A stretch of DNA of 64,000 bases, taken from IMG/VR virus record IMGVR_UViG_3300025466_001444; one strand, given 5' to 3'. Positions 38,346 to 46,815 of the stretch are shown here, piece by piece. The notes beneath the pieces were generated by a model. The model saw only the letters and a program-made list of their open reading frames with translations. It had not been told where the DNA came from and did not search any database. Made by a program: the position numbers and the translations under genes. Position 1 is the stretch's first letter. Each line of letters opens with the position of its first letter. This DNA is from a virus (taxonomy: Duplodnaviria > Heunggongvirae > Uroviricota > Caudoviricetes).

Positions 38346-39530
38346 TTACTTTACCACAGTCTTTGGTACAAGATTAATAAGTGCATCAATCATACCGGGA
38401 GTTACAACAATTGGCAATCCCTTGTTAGCCAAACCAGCACCAAGACCATTTTGAACATTGAGTTGTGCAATTGACTCAAGAGTACTCATAATAGATGCAA
38501 GTTTTTCTGCTTCAAACTTACGATTAATTGCAACTTGAATTTCCTTATCGAAAGTAAAAGTATCAGCCCATCCGACAAAATTAATAGTGATTCCAAGCTT
38601 ACCAAAATAATCTTTAGCATTCTTCTCAATAGTATCCATCATTGGAATGTAGTCAGCATTGGCTTGATCGAATGTGCGACGACCAACTTCACCGCACACC
38701 ATAGTCTGAATCTTCTTACGACCAACATCATCCATAATATCAGTCAGGCTACGCCCATAGTAAACAGAAGTGAAGATGACAACAGGATCAATAGACTTTC
38801 CAGAAGGAGGAATTACACCAAAGTTATAAAGAAACTTTGCAGCATTATCTTCCGATACAGAAGCACCAATAGAAACACCAGCTGTAATATTCAAACCTTC
38901 TTTAGTCTGACAAGGAAAAGACTCATCCCTTGAAGATGTTCCACGATGTGTACCAGCAACCCATTCACGGCTATAAGGTGTACGATCAACAATATAGAGA
39001 CGACCAGTAGGAATATAGAAATCCCAACCAAGATATCCACCAGAGTTAGAAAGTTTCTGATGAGGAACTACGAAACGCTTCGATGCAATCTTGCGTTCAT
39101 TGTAGTAAGACTCACTTTCAAATTGAGCCTGACTTTCCTTGTTAGCACCAACATCTGGAACCCAGAAAGCTGACTGATTAGGAAGGATAGTATATGCCTC
39201 AGTCTTATCTGTCGTATCAGCATATGCCCATGCTTGATCAGGGTTAATAAGGAAAAGTGCGATAGCAAAAGTAGATGCCGCAATAATCCACTGCTTCATT
39301 GGCTTAAACCAGATGACGGCAAGAGTAAAGAAAAGAATAGGTCCAAGCATAAAATTTACCCCATCAAAAAGAAAAAAAATGTACATGGACTTTACATATG
39401 CCATGTCACTGTTTGCAAACTGATCACCAGCTGTGCTACCCAAAATCAATGTTGAAATTGGATTATACAACTTAGTAATGAAACCATACACTACAAGAGA
39501 TACGAATGTCAAGACAATACGAGCAATCAT
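38346..39530 (-). CDS. membrane protein with SPFH/band-7-like domain
   Basis: Multiple N-terminal transmembrane segments. The C-terminal domain has a prohibitin-like pattern. Confidence 0.45.
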   Translation of the reverse strand: MIARIVLTFVSLVVYGFITKLYNPISTLILGSTAGDQFANSDMAYVKSMYIFFLFDGVNFMLGPILFFTLAVIWFKPMKQWIIAASTFAIALFLINPDQAWAYADTTDKTEAYTILPNQSAFWVPDVGANKESQAQFESESYYNERKIASKRFVVPHQKLSNSGGYLGWDFYIPTGRLYIVDRTPYSREWVAGTHRGTSSRDESFPCQTKEGLNITAGVSIGASVSEDNAAKFLYNFGVIPPSGKSIDPVVIFTSVYYGRSLTDIMDDVGRKKIQTMVCGEVGRRTFDQANADYIPMMDTIEKNAKDYFGKLGITINFVGWADTFTFDKEIQVAINRKFEAEKLASIMSTLESIAQLNVQNGLGAGLANKGLPIVVTPGMIDALINLVPKTVVK

Positions 39531-39904
39531 TCTGTTTCTTCCTCAATTTCTAGTGGACCAGAAAACCATGTTTCTGTATCATCGCAAACCCAACCTTCAC
39601 CTTCAAGACCTTCATCATATTCTTCTTCATATGCTTCTTGAAGACGTTCTTGTTCTTCTTCATCCATGTCATCAGGAAATTCCCAATCAGACCAACAGCC
39701 ATCTTCTTGCTCTTGATCAATCACATCACCAAGTTCATAGATATTTACTTCTTCATCATCTTCATCAATCTCTGGCTTCTCAGCATAGCGAGCATATCCC
39801 CAACGCCAACCAATGCTATAGATAATGGTTTTGCCATCTTTTGTCCAGAACTGTTTTTCAGTGATAGACTTCTTATACTTTGTTGAAACTTTCCATGTTG
39901 TCAT
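39527..39904 (-). CDS. highly acidic protein (125 aa)
   Basis: Asp/Glu-rich C-terminal half. Confidence 0.45.
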   Translation of the reverse strand: MTTWKVSTKYKKSITEKQFWTKDGKTIIYSIGWRWGYARYAEKPEIDEDDEEVNIYELGDVIDQEQEDGCWSDWEFPDDMDEEEQERLQEAYEEEYDEGLEGEGWVCDDTETWFSGPLEIEEETE

Positions 39905-39921
39905 TTTAAACTCCTAGTTTA

Positions 39922-40515
39922 TCACGCTACTTCTTTTGTAATTTCATGTGTTTTTTTTCCTGTCGCAGAAAACCCATGTGTTTCTTCTAAAAATATTCTA
40001 TAATCAACTGCTTCTTCAAATGTATCAAAAAATTTCCAATAACATTTTTTATTAGTTATTAATTGGGCTCTCCATTTTTTTCGTCTTGAATCAAACCACA
40101 CACCAACAACACCACTTTTATTTTTTCTTGAAATAGAAATGTTTCTATTATTTTCAATTTGTGTTACTGATCTTAAATTTATAGGTCTATTATCTAAACC
40201 ATTTCCATTAATATGATCAATATATATTGGTTCATATCCATAATATATTTTAAAAATTACTCTATGTGAATAAATCATTTTGTTTTTAAACATAATAATG
40301 TGGTATTGTTTATTTGTACCATTTTTTTTAAAATTATCTTTGATAGACCCAGCTTTTTTATTAGCTAATTTTGCATTCCACGTTACATGCGCTTTATGAT
40401 TTGGAAAATATTTTCTATCACGTTCTTTCCAATAGAGAATGCCGTTTTCAATATCTAATATAAATAAATCATTTAAAATTTCAAGTGAAGGCAATTCATT
40501 TGGTTTAAATGGCAT
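39922..40515 (-). CDS. HNH homing endonuclease with AP2-like DNA-binding domain
   Basis: IDHINGNGLDNRPINLRSVTQIENN (HNH_3) and SGVVGVWFDSRRKKWRAQL (AP2-like). Confidence 0.7.
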   Translation of the reverse strand: MPFKPNELPSLEILNDLFILDIENGILYWKERDRKYFPNHKAHVTWNAKLANKKAGSIKDNFKKNGTNKQYHIIMFKNKMIYSHRVIFKIYYGYEPIYIDHINGNGLDNRPINLRSVTQIENNRNISISRKNKSGVVGVWFDSRRKKWRAQLITNKKCYWKFFDTFEEAVDYRIFLEETHGFSATGKKTHEITKEVA

Positions 40516-40516
40516 A

Positions 40517-40912
40517 TCAAAAAGTCTTCCACTCGTATTCTGAATTGCGAGTCCTGAACTTCATATAGTCCTCACGCTCTTCAAGAATCTCTAATACGGG
40601 GCTAGTCTGCCACCAGTCTTGTGAGTCATAGGTTCTCCCATAGAAAGAACCAACACGAATACCGCACCCAATACGGGGACGGTTCTCACCTTCGATAAAT
40701 TGATAATTTTCTGGATCAAGTATCTGGCACATGGGTCCAGAATCCCCAGCGCCATCATGCAAACGTACCAATGAATATCTCACATTACTCTCTCTACTTT
40801 CAGCTAGTAGTTTCTTTGACTTGTATCCTACCATCTTACCACTCTGGTCCTGTTGTTTTTTCTGTACGCTCATAGATATAGCTAAAGTCAACACCATATG
40901 CAGGAACAACAA
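40517..40912 (-). CDS. hypothetical protein (131 aa)
   Basis: ORF. Confidence 0.4.
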   Translation of the reverse strand: MLFLHMVLTLAISMSVQKKQQDQSGKMVGYKSKKLLAESRESNVRYSLVRLHDGAGDSGPMCQILDPENYQFIEGENRPRIGCGIRVGSFYGRTYDSQDWWQTSPVLEILEEREDYMKFRTRNSEYEWKTF

Positions 40913-41240
40913 GAAGCTTCTGAGGCATATTGTTTAAATCCCGTTCACCAAGAACCCCACTAATAAATAATGTATCAGGAAACTTATCTGGTGTCAAGTG
41001 ACGAAGAATGTTAGCTTGCATATCACATTTTTTTGTGAGACGTTCAATCTCATTTTCTCTATTAGCAATTGTCTGCTTCATTTCCATGATGCCAGCTTCA
41101 AGTCGCTTAATTGTATTCTTAGCAATTAACCAACGATCATAATACATATCTGCTTCATCATCAGTCATTCTTACCTCCCAGCCATCATCATCATTTGTAG
41201 ATAGCATACCTTGCGTTTGAATGTACGTTCCTTGTTCCAT
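40836..41240 (-). CDS. hypothetical coiled-coil protein (134 aa)
   Basis: ORF. Confidence 0.4.
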   Translation of the reverse strand: MEQGTYIQTQGMLSTNDDDGWEVRMTDDEADMYYDRWLIAKNTIKRLEAGIMEMKQTIANRENEIERLTKKCDMQANILRHLTPDKFPDTLFISGVLGERDLNNMPQKLLVVPAYGVDFSYIYERTEKTTGPEW

Positions 41241-41563
41241 TCATAGATGAGAAGCTTGGGACGTTCTTTATTTGTCTTTTCAAACTTGATTTCCAACTCT
41301 GGAGGAAGAAGAATGCCCAAGTGACGAAGTGTCCTATGAGCATTTAATTCCAAACCAGCCATAAGCTTCTTATCATACCAACATCTAGCCAATACAGCAC
41401 CAAGATAGTCCATAACCTTTTCTTTGATATTTTCTGCATCAATGATGGTTTCTACTGGTGGTTCACGATGAAAATCATCATTATGATAATTGTTTTGAAT
41501 TGGTTCAGCAGACCCATGAACTATCATGTTACGATTATAGACAAGTGCAGGAAGTTTAGTCAT
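41171..41563 (-). CDS. hypothetical protein (130 aa); weak NHase-alpha/NHLP-like segment
   Basis: ARCWYDKKLMAGLELNAHRTLRHLGI resembles the nitrile hydratase alpha N-terminal region. Weak call. Confidence 0.35.
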   Translation of the reverse strand: MTKLPALVYNRNMIVHGSAEPIQNNYHNDDFHREPPVETIIDAENIKEKVMDYLGAVLARCWYDKKLMAGLELNAHRTLRHLGILLPPELEIKFEKTNKERPKLLIYEWNKERTFKRKVCYLQMMMMAGR

Positions 41564-41564
41564 T

Positions 41565-42062
41565 TTATAGACCCTTCATGATATCTTCGATTGCGATAGG
41601 TGTGTAATCACGAACCTCAACACAACAATTTACATGTCGTTCTGTAGGAGATTTTTTTTGATGAATGTGCCCATGAAGATTGTATTTAACTTTAGTCATT
41701 CCACTTTCATGCATAGGAATATGAGTAAGAACGCAATCAAACTCAGGGAACCACCGCAGTAACATAACTTTTTGAAAATTTTTCGTGATATGATTGCTTT
41801 TAGGATTATCATGATTGCCTAACACCAATCTTTTACGACCCTTTAGAAAAGGCAAGACTTGATATCCTTTACCAAAGAACACATCACCTAGATGATAAAC
41901 AATATCATTATCTTTGACGGTCTTGTTCCAGTTGTCAATCATAAGTGCATCCATTTCGTCCACATCTGCAAATGAACGAACAACATTACGATGCTCGTCT
42001 GTGAAAGTCAAGATGTTTTCATGACCAAAATGAGTGTCACTAATGATAAAAATGTCTCTCAT
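41565..42062 (-). CDS. calcineurin-like metallophosphoesterase
   Basis: ISDTHFGH, GNHD and GHIH motifs. Confidence 0.75.
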   Translation of the reverse strand: MRDIFIISDTHFGHENILTFTDEHRNVVRSFADVDEMDALMIDNWNKTVKDNDIVYHLGDVFFGKGYQVLPFLKGRKRLVLGNHDNPKSNHITKNFQKVMLLRWFPEFDCVLTHIPMHESGMTKVKYNLHGHIHQKKSPTERHVNCCVEVRDYTPIAIEDIMKGL

Positions 42063-42361
42063 TCTCGTTTTTCTCCAAAGAAGTTTTCATACTCTTCGTC
42101 TTTCATCAGTTCATTGCAGAACATCCATAGATCACCGTCTTGATACAATCTCCATAGATTGTTATTGTTATCTGTGAGAGTTGCGTCATCCAATACATCA
42201 CTCCATGCATCCCAATATTCAGGATGATTTGGACCTTCCTTAACAATATCCAAGGCATCTGAATTTACCAGAAACCAATTATCCGCATATTTTTCTGCAA
42301 ATGTTTGAGGAATGAAAATACCCTGATTATCACCAATCAAAAGCAAGAGACCTTTAGACAT
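42059..42361 (-). CDS. hypothetical protein (100 aa)
   Basis: ORF. Confidence 0.4.
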   Translation of the reverse strand: MSKGLLLLIGDNQGIFIPQTFAEKYADNWFLVNSDALDIVKEGPNHPEYWDAWSDVLDDATLTDNNNNLWRLYQDGDLWMFCNELMKDEEYENFFGEKRE

Positions 42362-42464
42362 TGGTATTCTCCGTATAGTGAAGGAAAGCTAAACCGATTG
42401 CCATGCCAATAACCATACAAATCAACGGTCCAAAGATGATAAGGCAAGTAGTAGTGTCCATGAT

Positions 42465-42923
42465 TCAGACTCCTTCATAAAGCTTGTTGGGCGACTTGTC
42501 CAACGTGTTCCACATCTTCTTTGTATCAGAACTACCGTAGATGTCAACAAATTCTTTCAAGCGACCGTAAAAAATCTCCTTAAAAGCAATTTGATAGTCA
42601 TCTTCATTGATGCGTTCATATTCAACCTTAGATGCACGAATAATCAATTGGCTATTCGTAACGGCAGAAGTCAACTCGTAATGGTATTCCAAATCACTAT
42701 GAGCATCTATAGATGGTGTGAGATAGATATCACCCCCATTTTTCTTATTCGCTGCGACAAAAGCAGCTGAAAAGTCATCAGCCTCATATCTATCCAATCC
42801 CCATGAAATAGGAATTGCTTTGGTCAAGTACTCAGATGCACCTTCTGGGTATCCATCCCAATGTTTATAGACGGCAAAAGTGTTAAGATCGTCCTTAAAT
42901 GTGAAAACTGCACGAGTACCCAT
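42465..42923 (-). CDS. hypothetical protein (152 aa)
   Basis: ORF. Confidence 0.45.
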   Translation of the reverse strand: MGTRAVFTFKDDLNTFAVYKHWDGYPEGASEYLTKAIPISWGLDRYEADDFSAAFVAANKKNGGDIYLTPSIDAHSDLEYHYELTSAVTNSQLIIRASKVEYERINEDDYQIAFKEIFYGRLKEFVDIYGSSDTKKMWNTLDKSPNKLYEGV

Positions 42924-42937
42924 GATACATTCTCCTT

Positions 42938-43156
42938 TTAGATGAAGATTCCGTTTTCATAGCGTTCTTCGTCAGAAAACTTGTATTTTGCTTCCTTACG
43001 AAGGATTTCTAATGCCTCGATTTTATTTTTCTCGTTGTTTGTATCCAAAACATACATCATTTCGAGCATGTAGTCAACCACAGTCCAGCTGACACGCAAC
43101 ATCGCATCAAGGTAAAATTCCATATTAAGCATGGTATTCTCCCTCAAAGGTAACAA
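42938..43156 (-). CDS. hypothetical protein (72 aa)
   Basis: ORF. Confidence 0.4.
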   Translation of the reverse strand: MLPLRENTMLNMEFYLDAMLRVSWTVVDYMLEMMYVLDTNNEKNKIEALEILRKEAKYKFSDEERYENGIFI

Positions 43157-43425
43157 ACACGAGTGTTATCTGTGTTGTCAAATAATTCTTCATGTGTGGG
43201 TTGAAAATAATCGCTGTGATTAATTCCAGCTGTATGCCCAGCCGGAACTTCCTTTTCACTAAGGTATCGGAAACCTTTGTAGTTGCCAGTCTGCATAAGA
43301 ACGTCTTCAAGGATGACAATCATCGACTTGCGACCTTCTGGATTGATAACAGAGCCAGCAAGCATCTTGTTGATGGATTGTTTAAATTCTTCGACATTGA
43401 AGGTTTTGCGCTTGGACATGACCAT
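43144..43425 (-). CDS. hypothetical protein (93 aa)
   Basis: ORF preceded by the conserved upstream element. Confidence 0.45.
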   Translation of the reverse strand: MVMSKRKTFNVEEFKQSINKMLAGSVINPEGRKSMIVILEDVLMQTGNYKGFRYLSEKEVPAGHTAGINHSDYFQPTHEELFDNTDNTRVCYL

Positions 43426-43452
43426 CTCCGTTGTTGATGATTCATATTAGCA

Positions 43453-43482
43453 TAAAAAAAGGGGGCGTCAACCCCCTTTTTA
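43453..43482. terminator. intrinsic terminator gggggcgtcaaccccc flanked by A-run and T-run (bidirectional)
   Basis: Perfect 5-bp G/C stem with aaaaaaa upstream and ttttt downstream. Confidence 0.65.
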
Positions 43483-43492
43483 AATTATTTTA

Positions 43493-43759
43493 TTAGCCAG
43501 TCTGCTTCTGCATGGCCAGATACTGATAACCAGCAGCAATGACAGCACGAGAAGGCTTGCCAAGCTCATACTTGAGAGTAGTTCCCTTAGTGGTCTTATG
43601 CTTACGAAGATAAATTGGGAACCCCTTCATACGAAGGTCAGAGATTGTAGCACGGGGATTGGCAACTCCAAAACGAGCCTTGATCTGACGCTTGGTAAGC
43701 TGATCACCAGCCGTGAGAGCAATGATGACACGATCCATCTTGGTAATGTTGTAATTCAT
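43493..43759 (-). CDS. putative small DNA-binding protein (88 aa)
   Basis: Basic, HTH-like RQIKARFGVANPRATISDLRMKG. Confidence 0.4.
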   Translation of the reverse strand: MNYNITKMDRVIIALTAGDQLTKRQIKARFGVANPRATISDLRMKGFPIYLRKHKTTKGTTLKYELGKPSRAVIAAGYQYLAMQKQTG

Positions 43760-43864
43760 AATGTAACCCTTCTTTCACTGATTGCTACACACCTCATGTG
43801 TGTATGGAGGCATATTAGACCCATCAAAAAAGAATGTCAACACCTATTTTAAACTTTTTTTGGC

Positions 43865-43892
43865 TTGACATCATTTTTTTTATCTATATAAT
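43865..43892 (+). promoter_or_regulatory. sigma70-consensus promoter (TTGACA-16nt-TATAAT)
   Basis: ttgaca at 43865..43870 and tataat at 43887..43892. RBS GGAG before the ATG at 43925. Confidence 0.6.
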
Positions 43893-43924
43893 AGGTATTG
43901 TGATATTGAAATTGGAGATTACAT

Positions 43925-44278
43925 ATGGATATCAAAACCAAATATGACATTGGATATACCTATTGGGTTCCTCGTGTTCATAAGATTTTTGATCGTACAG
44001 AAACTCTTCGTCATGAAGGTGAAGAATGGACCCGTGATATATACGAAATGAAAGCTTTTGCCAAGAAAAAAGTTGTACGTTGTATGGATATTAAAGTTCA
44101 TCGTGACCATTCATATTCTGTTATGTATGGTGTAGAAAATGTTACCGATTCTGGTACAAGCATGTTTCAATATTATCCAGAAGCAAATATCCCAGATAGT
44201 TATGATGAAGAAACCGCTCAAGCTTTTGCTGAATCTTTTATGAAAGATAATCCAAACGAAGAATATTTTGGAAATTAG
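43925..44278 (+). CDS. hypothetical protein (117 aa)
   Basis: Plus-strand ORF with a promoter and RBS. Confidence 0.55.
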   Translation: MDIKTKYDIGYTYWVPRVHKIFDRTETLRHEGEEWTRDIYEMKAFAKKKVVRCMDIKVHRDHSYSVMYGVENVTDSGTSMFQYYPEANIPDSYDEETAQAFAESFMKDNPNEEYFGN

Positions 44279-44281
44279 TGC

Positions 44282-44310
44282 TTGACACCATATATTGGTA
44301 TGATATGGTC
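44282..44310 (+). promoter_or_regulatory. sigma70-like promoter (TTGACA-17nt-TATGGT)
   Basis: ttgaca at 44282..44287, then tatggt. RBS GGAGG before the ATG at 44335. Confidence 0.45.
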
Positions 44311-44334
44311 TTTATATGAACAACGGAGGTTCAC

Positions 44335-44583
44335 ATGGCTAGGTTGTATATCGATTTTCATGATGCTGTCATCAACCGTATGGTTGTTGCTTCTGACTTC
44401 AAACTGAATCAGTTCATCACATGGAATGGTGATAACTATTTTTGTGTATACGAATTTAGTAATAATCAACAAGTTTTTCAAGTGGATCGCTTCACCATTA
44501 AAAATGGTTGTCATCAGTATGATGCTATTGACCATGGTAAACAGTATTTTCATGATACTCATAACTTTCGGGTGTCAGCATGA
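44335..44583 (+). CDS. hypothetical protein (82 aa)
   Basis: Plus-strand ORF. Confidence 0.5.
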   Translation: MARLYIDFHDAVINRMVVASDFKLNQFITWNGDNYFCVYEFSNNQQVFQVDRFTIKNGCHQYDAIDHGKQYFHDTHNFRVSA

Positions 44584-44891
44584 TTACCAAATATAAAGTC
44601 GAATACGGCTATTGGTTTCTTGATAAATCTCAAACTTTGGATTTTGAAAAGAAGTTTGAGATTTTTTCTTCTATAAAAGAAGCAAAGAAATTTGTAGAGA
44701 AAATCTCTGCAAAGAAAAATCATGGAAGCAAAATTAATATAGTTGAAATATACGAAAATGATGTTCCTCCTCCTGTGAAAAAGGAAGAGGTCATTATTGA
44801 TATTCCCGTAACTCAATATAAAGAAATACGTAATCCCAATAGGTTTTTACATACTCATGTTCTGAGTGGTGATACCTTTTATATTATCTAA
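44580..44891 (+). CDS. hypothetical protein (103 aa)
   Basis: ATGA overlap with the upstream ORF. Confidence 0.5.
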   Translation: MITKYKVEYGYWFLDKSQTLDFEKKFEIFSSIKEAKKFVEKISAKKNHGSKINIVEIYENDVPPPVKKEEVIIDIPVTQYKEIRNPNRFLHTHVLSGDTFYII

Positions 44892-45330
44892 GGAGAATAG
44901 TTATATGGTTAAGAAACTTGTGATGTTGGAAGCACTTTCTCAATACCGGATGAGATATGTTTTTGAGGTAGAAGATGATATTGATCATGCGTGTGATGAA
45001 TATATAATGCAAGAAAGTGAAGCTAATTTGAAAGAATTTAGTCAACTTCATCTTGAGCCAACTATCATTTTGTCTCATCGTGAAATTACGAAGGAAGATT
45101 ATCTTCGTATGTTTGATGAAGATAATCATTATCTAAAGTCATGGGATGATGAAAATAAAATGACTTTTGTTAATGTTATTAATTATTCAAAGGATGTTGA
45201 TGAGGTTCCCCAACCTCTTGCGTCATACTATGGAGAAGGAGTAGAAGATGCTCTTTGGAGTATTTTAAAAAATGAATATGGGCCAATAACTGCAGACCAA
45301 CTTGATAAAATTATCAAGGATATGAAATAA
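44866..45330 (+). CDS. hypothetical protein (154 aa)
   Basis: Plus-strand ORF followed by terminators. Confidence 0.5.
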   Translation: MVIPFILSKENSYMVKKLVMLEALSQYRMRYVFEVEDDIDHACDEYIMQESEANLKEFSQLHLEPTIILSHREITKEDYLRMFDEDNHYLKSWDDENKMTFVNVINYSKDVDEVPQPLASYYGEGVEDALWSILKNEYGPITADQLDKIIKDMK

Positions 45331-45358
45331 AAAAAGGGGAGCATCTCTGCTCCCCTTA
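45329..45358 (-). terminator. intrinsic terminator (ggggagcatctctgctcccc) for minus-strand gp23 transcript
   Basis: On the minus strand the hairpin is followed by a 7-nt T-run. Confidence 0.55.
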
Positions 45359-45386
45359 AGTTTGCGGCTTGAAACCGTCTTGTATT

Positions 45387-45417
45387 GCCCCGCCTTTGAA
45401 TCAGCGGGGTTTTTATT
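45387..45417 (+). terminator. intrinsic terminator (ccccgcctttgaatcagcgggg + ttttta) for plus-strand cluster
   Basis: 6-bp G/C stem plus a T-run. Confidence 0.55.
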
Positions 45418-46768
45418 AGAGAATATTGTTGACAATAACTCTACGATAGTAACCATTTGAGTTGCTTATGATAGTTCCGTCTGAAAGATTAGGTGATCCA
45501 ACAACTGAACGGGCGAATGGGTTTGCGACCATTCCGTAACGAGTCTTGAATCCAATCTTTGGCTGGAATGTATCTTGACCAACTGCACGAACCATCTGTA
45601 GAGGAACGTATGGGCAATAGAAGATACCAGCGTCAAATGCATTTGCACCCTTATAACCGATAGTGGCATAGTTGCCAGTGGTATAAGGATCAATGTAAAC
45701 ACGGAAACGACCATTGAGAATACCAGCGAAAGTATTACCAGTGTCATCTACCTGTAGGTTATTTGAAGCAAGAGCAGGAGTGTAGTCAAGAACACCAGCC
45801 ATCTGAAGAGCTGAAGCAACGTCAGAAGAACAGATGATGATGTTACCCTTACCACGACGAGTGTCCTTGGCAATCTGGTTAGCTTCTCTTTCAATCTGGA
45901 ACATAAGACCCTTGAACTTTTCAACTGACCAACGACCGTTTGAGTCAGTATCAAGATCGAATACGCCGGGAGTTGTTGTGCCATACTGAGCGCCAGAAAC
46001 GCCAGAAAGGTTGATTGTACGAACTACTTCACGATTGATTTCAGCAAGAATTTCTGACTGAAGAATGTTAGCAAGTTCTGTTTCAGCATCTAGACCATGA
46101 ACTGCCTTCAAATCTTGAGAAAGTTCCATAGTGTATTCTGCCTTTAGCGCACGGCTACGAGCAGTTACAGAAACCTTATCAATGCTGAATGCCATTTCAG
46201 GGAATGTATAATTTGATCCAAGACCTTCTGACTGTGAAGTAGTCATGCCTTGAGCAAAGTTATAAGCATCAGCGCCTGAAGCACCAGCAAATGCACCTGA
46301 AGTACCAGTCTGTGCGTTGCCGATTGTATTTGCACCAGAAGCAATAGTTGAGTTGTTAGTTAGAACTTCATCATAGAATGTTTCGTTGCCCTTTGCAGTG
46401 CTGTTAGCATACTGTGAACGCATTGCGAAGATAAGTCCAGTAGGACCAGTCATTGGCTGAACGCCGCAGATATCATAAGCAATAAGGTTAGGAACAGAAC
46501 GACGAATAAGTGAGATAAGGATTGGGTCGTAACCAGCAACGCCAGCACCACCAGCTCCACCGTATCCACCAGTTCCGGCAGCATTGATGCCAGTTTCAGT
46601 TAGAAGTGACTGTGGGTTGAAAGCAGCCTGTTCACGGATAGCTCTTTCTGTATTTTCAAGAAGCTGTGCAGTTGTATTACGACGATGCATATCAGTGATC
46701 TTTGGAAGATCAGGATGTTCAAGAAGGGGCTTCCACTTAGCAATTAGTTCTTCATTTAGAGGGTTCAT
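45416..46768 (-). CDS. 23: major capsid protein gp23
   Basis: T4 gp23-like sequence over its length (e.g. ...GYKGANAFDAGIFYCPYVPL...). 450 aa. SD AAGGAG upstream. Confidence 0.9.
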   Translation of the reverse strand: MNPLNEELIAKWKPLLEHPDLPKITDMHRRNTTAQLLENTERAIREQAAFNPQSLLTETGINAAGTGGYGGAGGAGVAGYDPILISLIRRSVPNLIAYDICGVQPMTGPTGLIFAMRSQYANSTAKGNETFYDEVLTNNSTIASGANTIGNAQTGTSGAFAGASGADAYNFAQGMTTSQSEGLGSNYTFPEMAFSIDKVSVTARSRALKAEYTMELSQDLKAVHGLDAETELANILQSEILAEINREVVRTINLSGVSGAQYGTTTPGVFDLDTDSNGRWSVEKFKGLMFQIEREANQIAKDTRRGKGNIIICSSDVASALQMAGVLDYTPALASNNLQVDDTGNTFAGILNGRFRVYIDPYTTGNYATIGYKGANAFDAGIFYCPYVPLQMVRAVGQDTFQPKIGFKTRYGMVANPFARSVVGSPNLSDGTIISNSNGYYRRVIVNNIL

Positions 46769-46815
46769 TTAATTTCTCCTTTAGGAAAGTTATTTGTAAT
46801 ATTATTTATAATTTT

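Noticed and set aside
43125-43319. 64-aa ORF, and 44275..44562 on the minus strand
   Set aside because: Overlap better-supported ORFs (43144..43425, and the plus-strand islet with its promoters and RBS).
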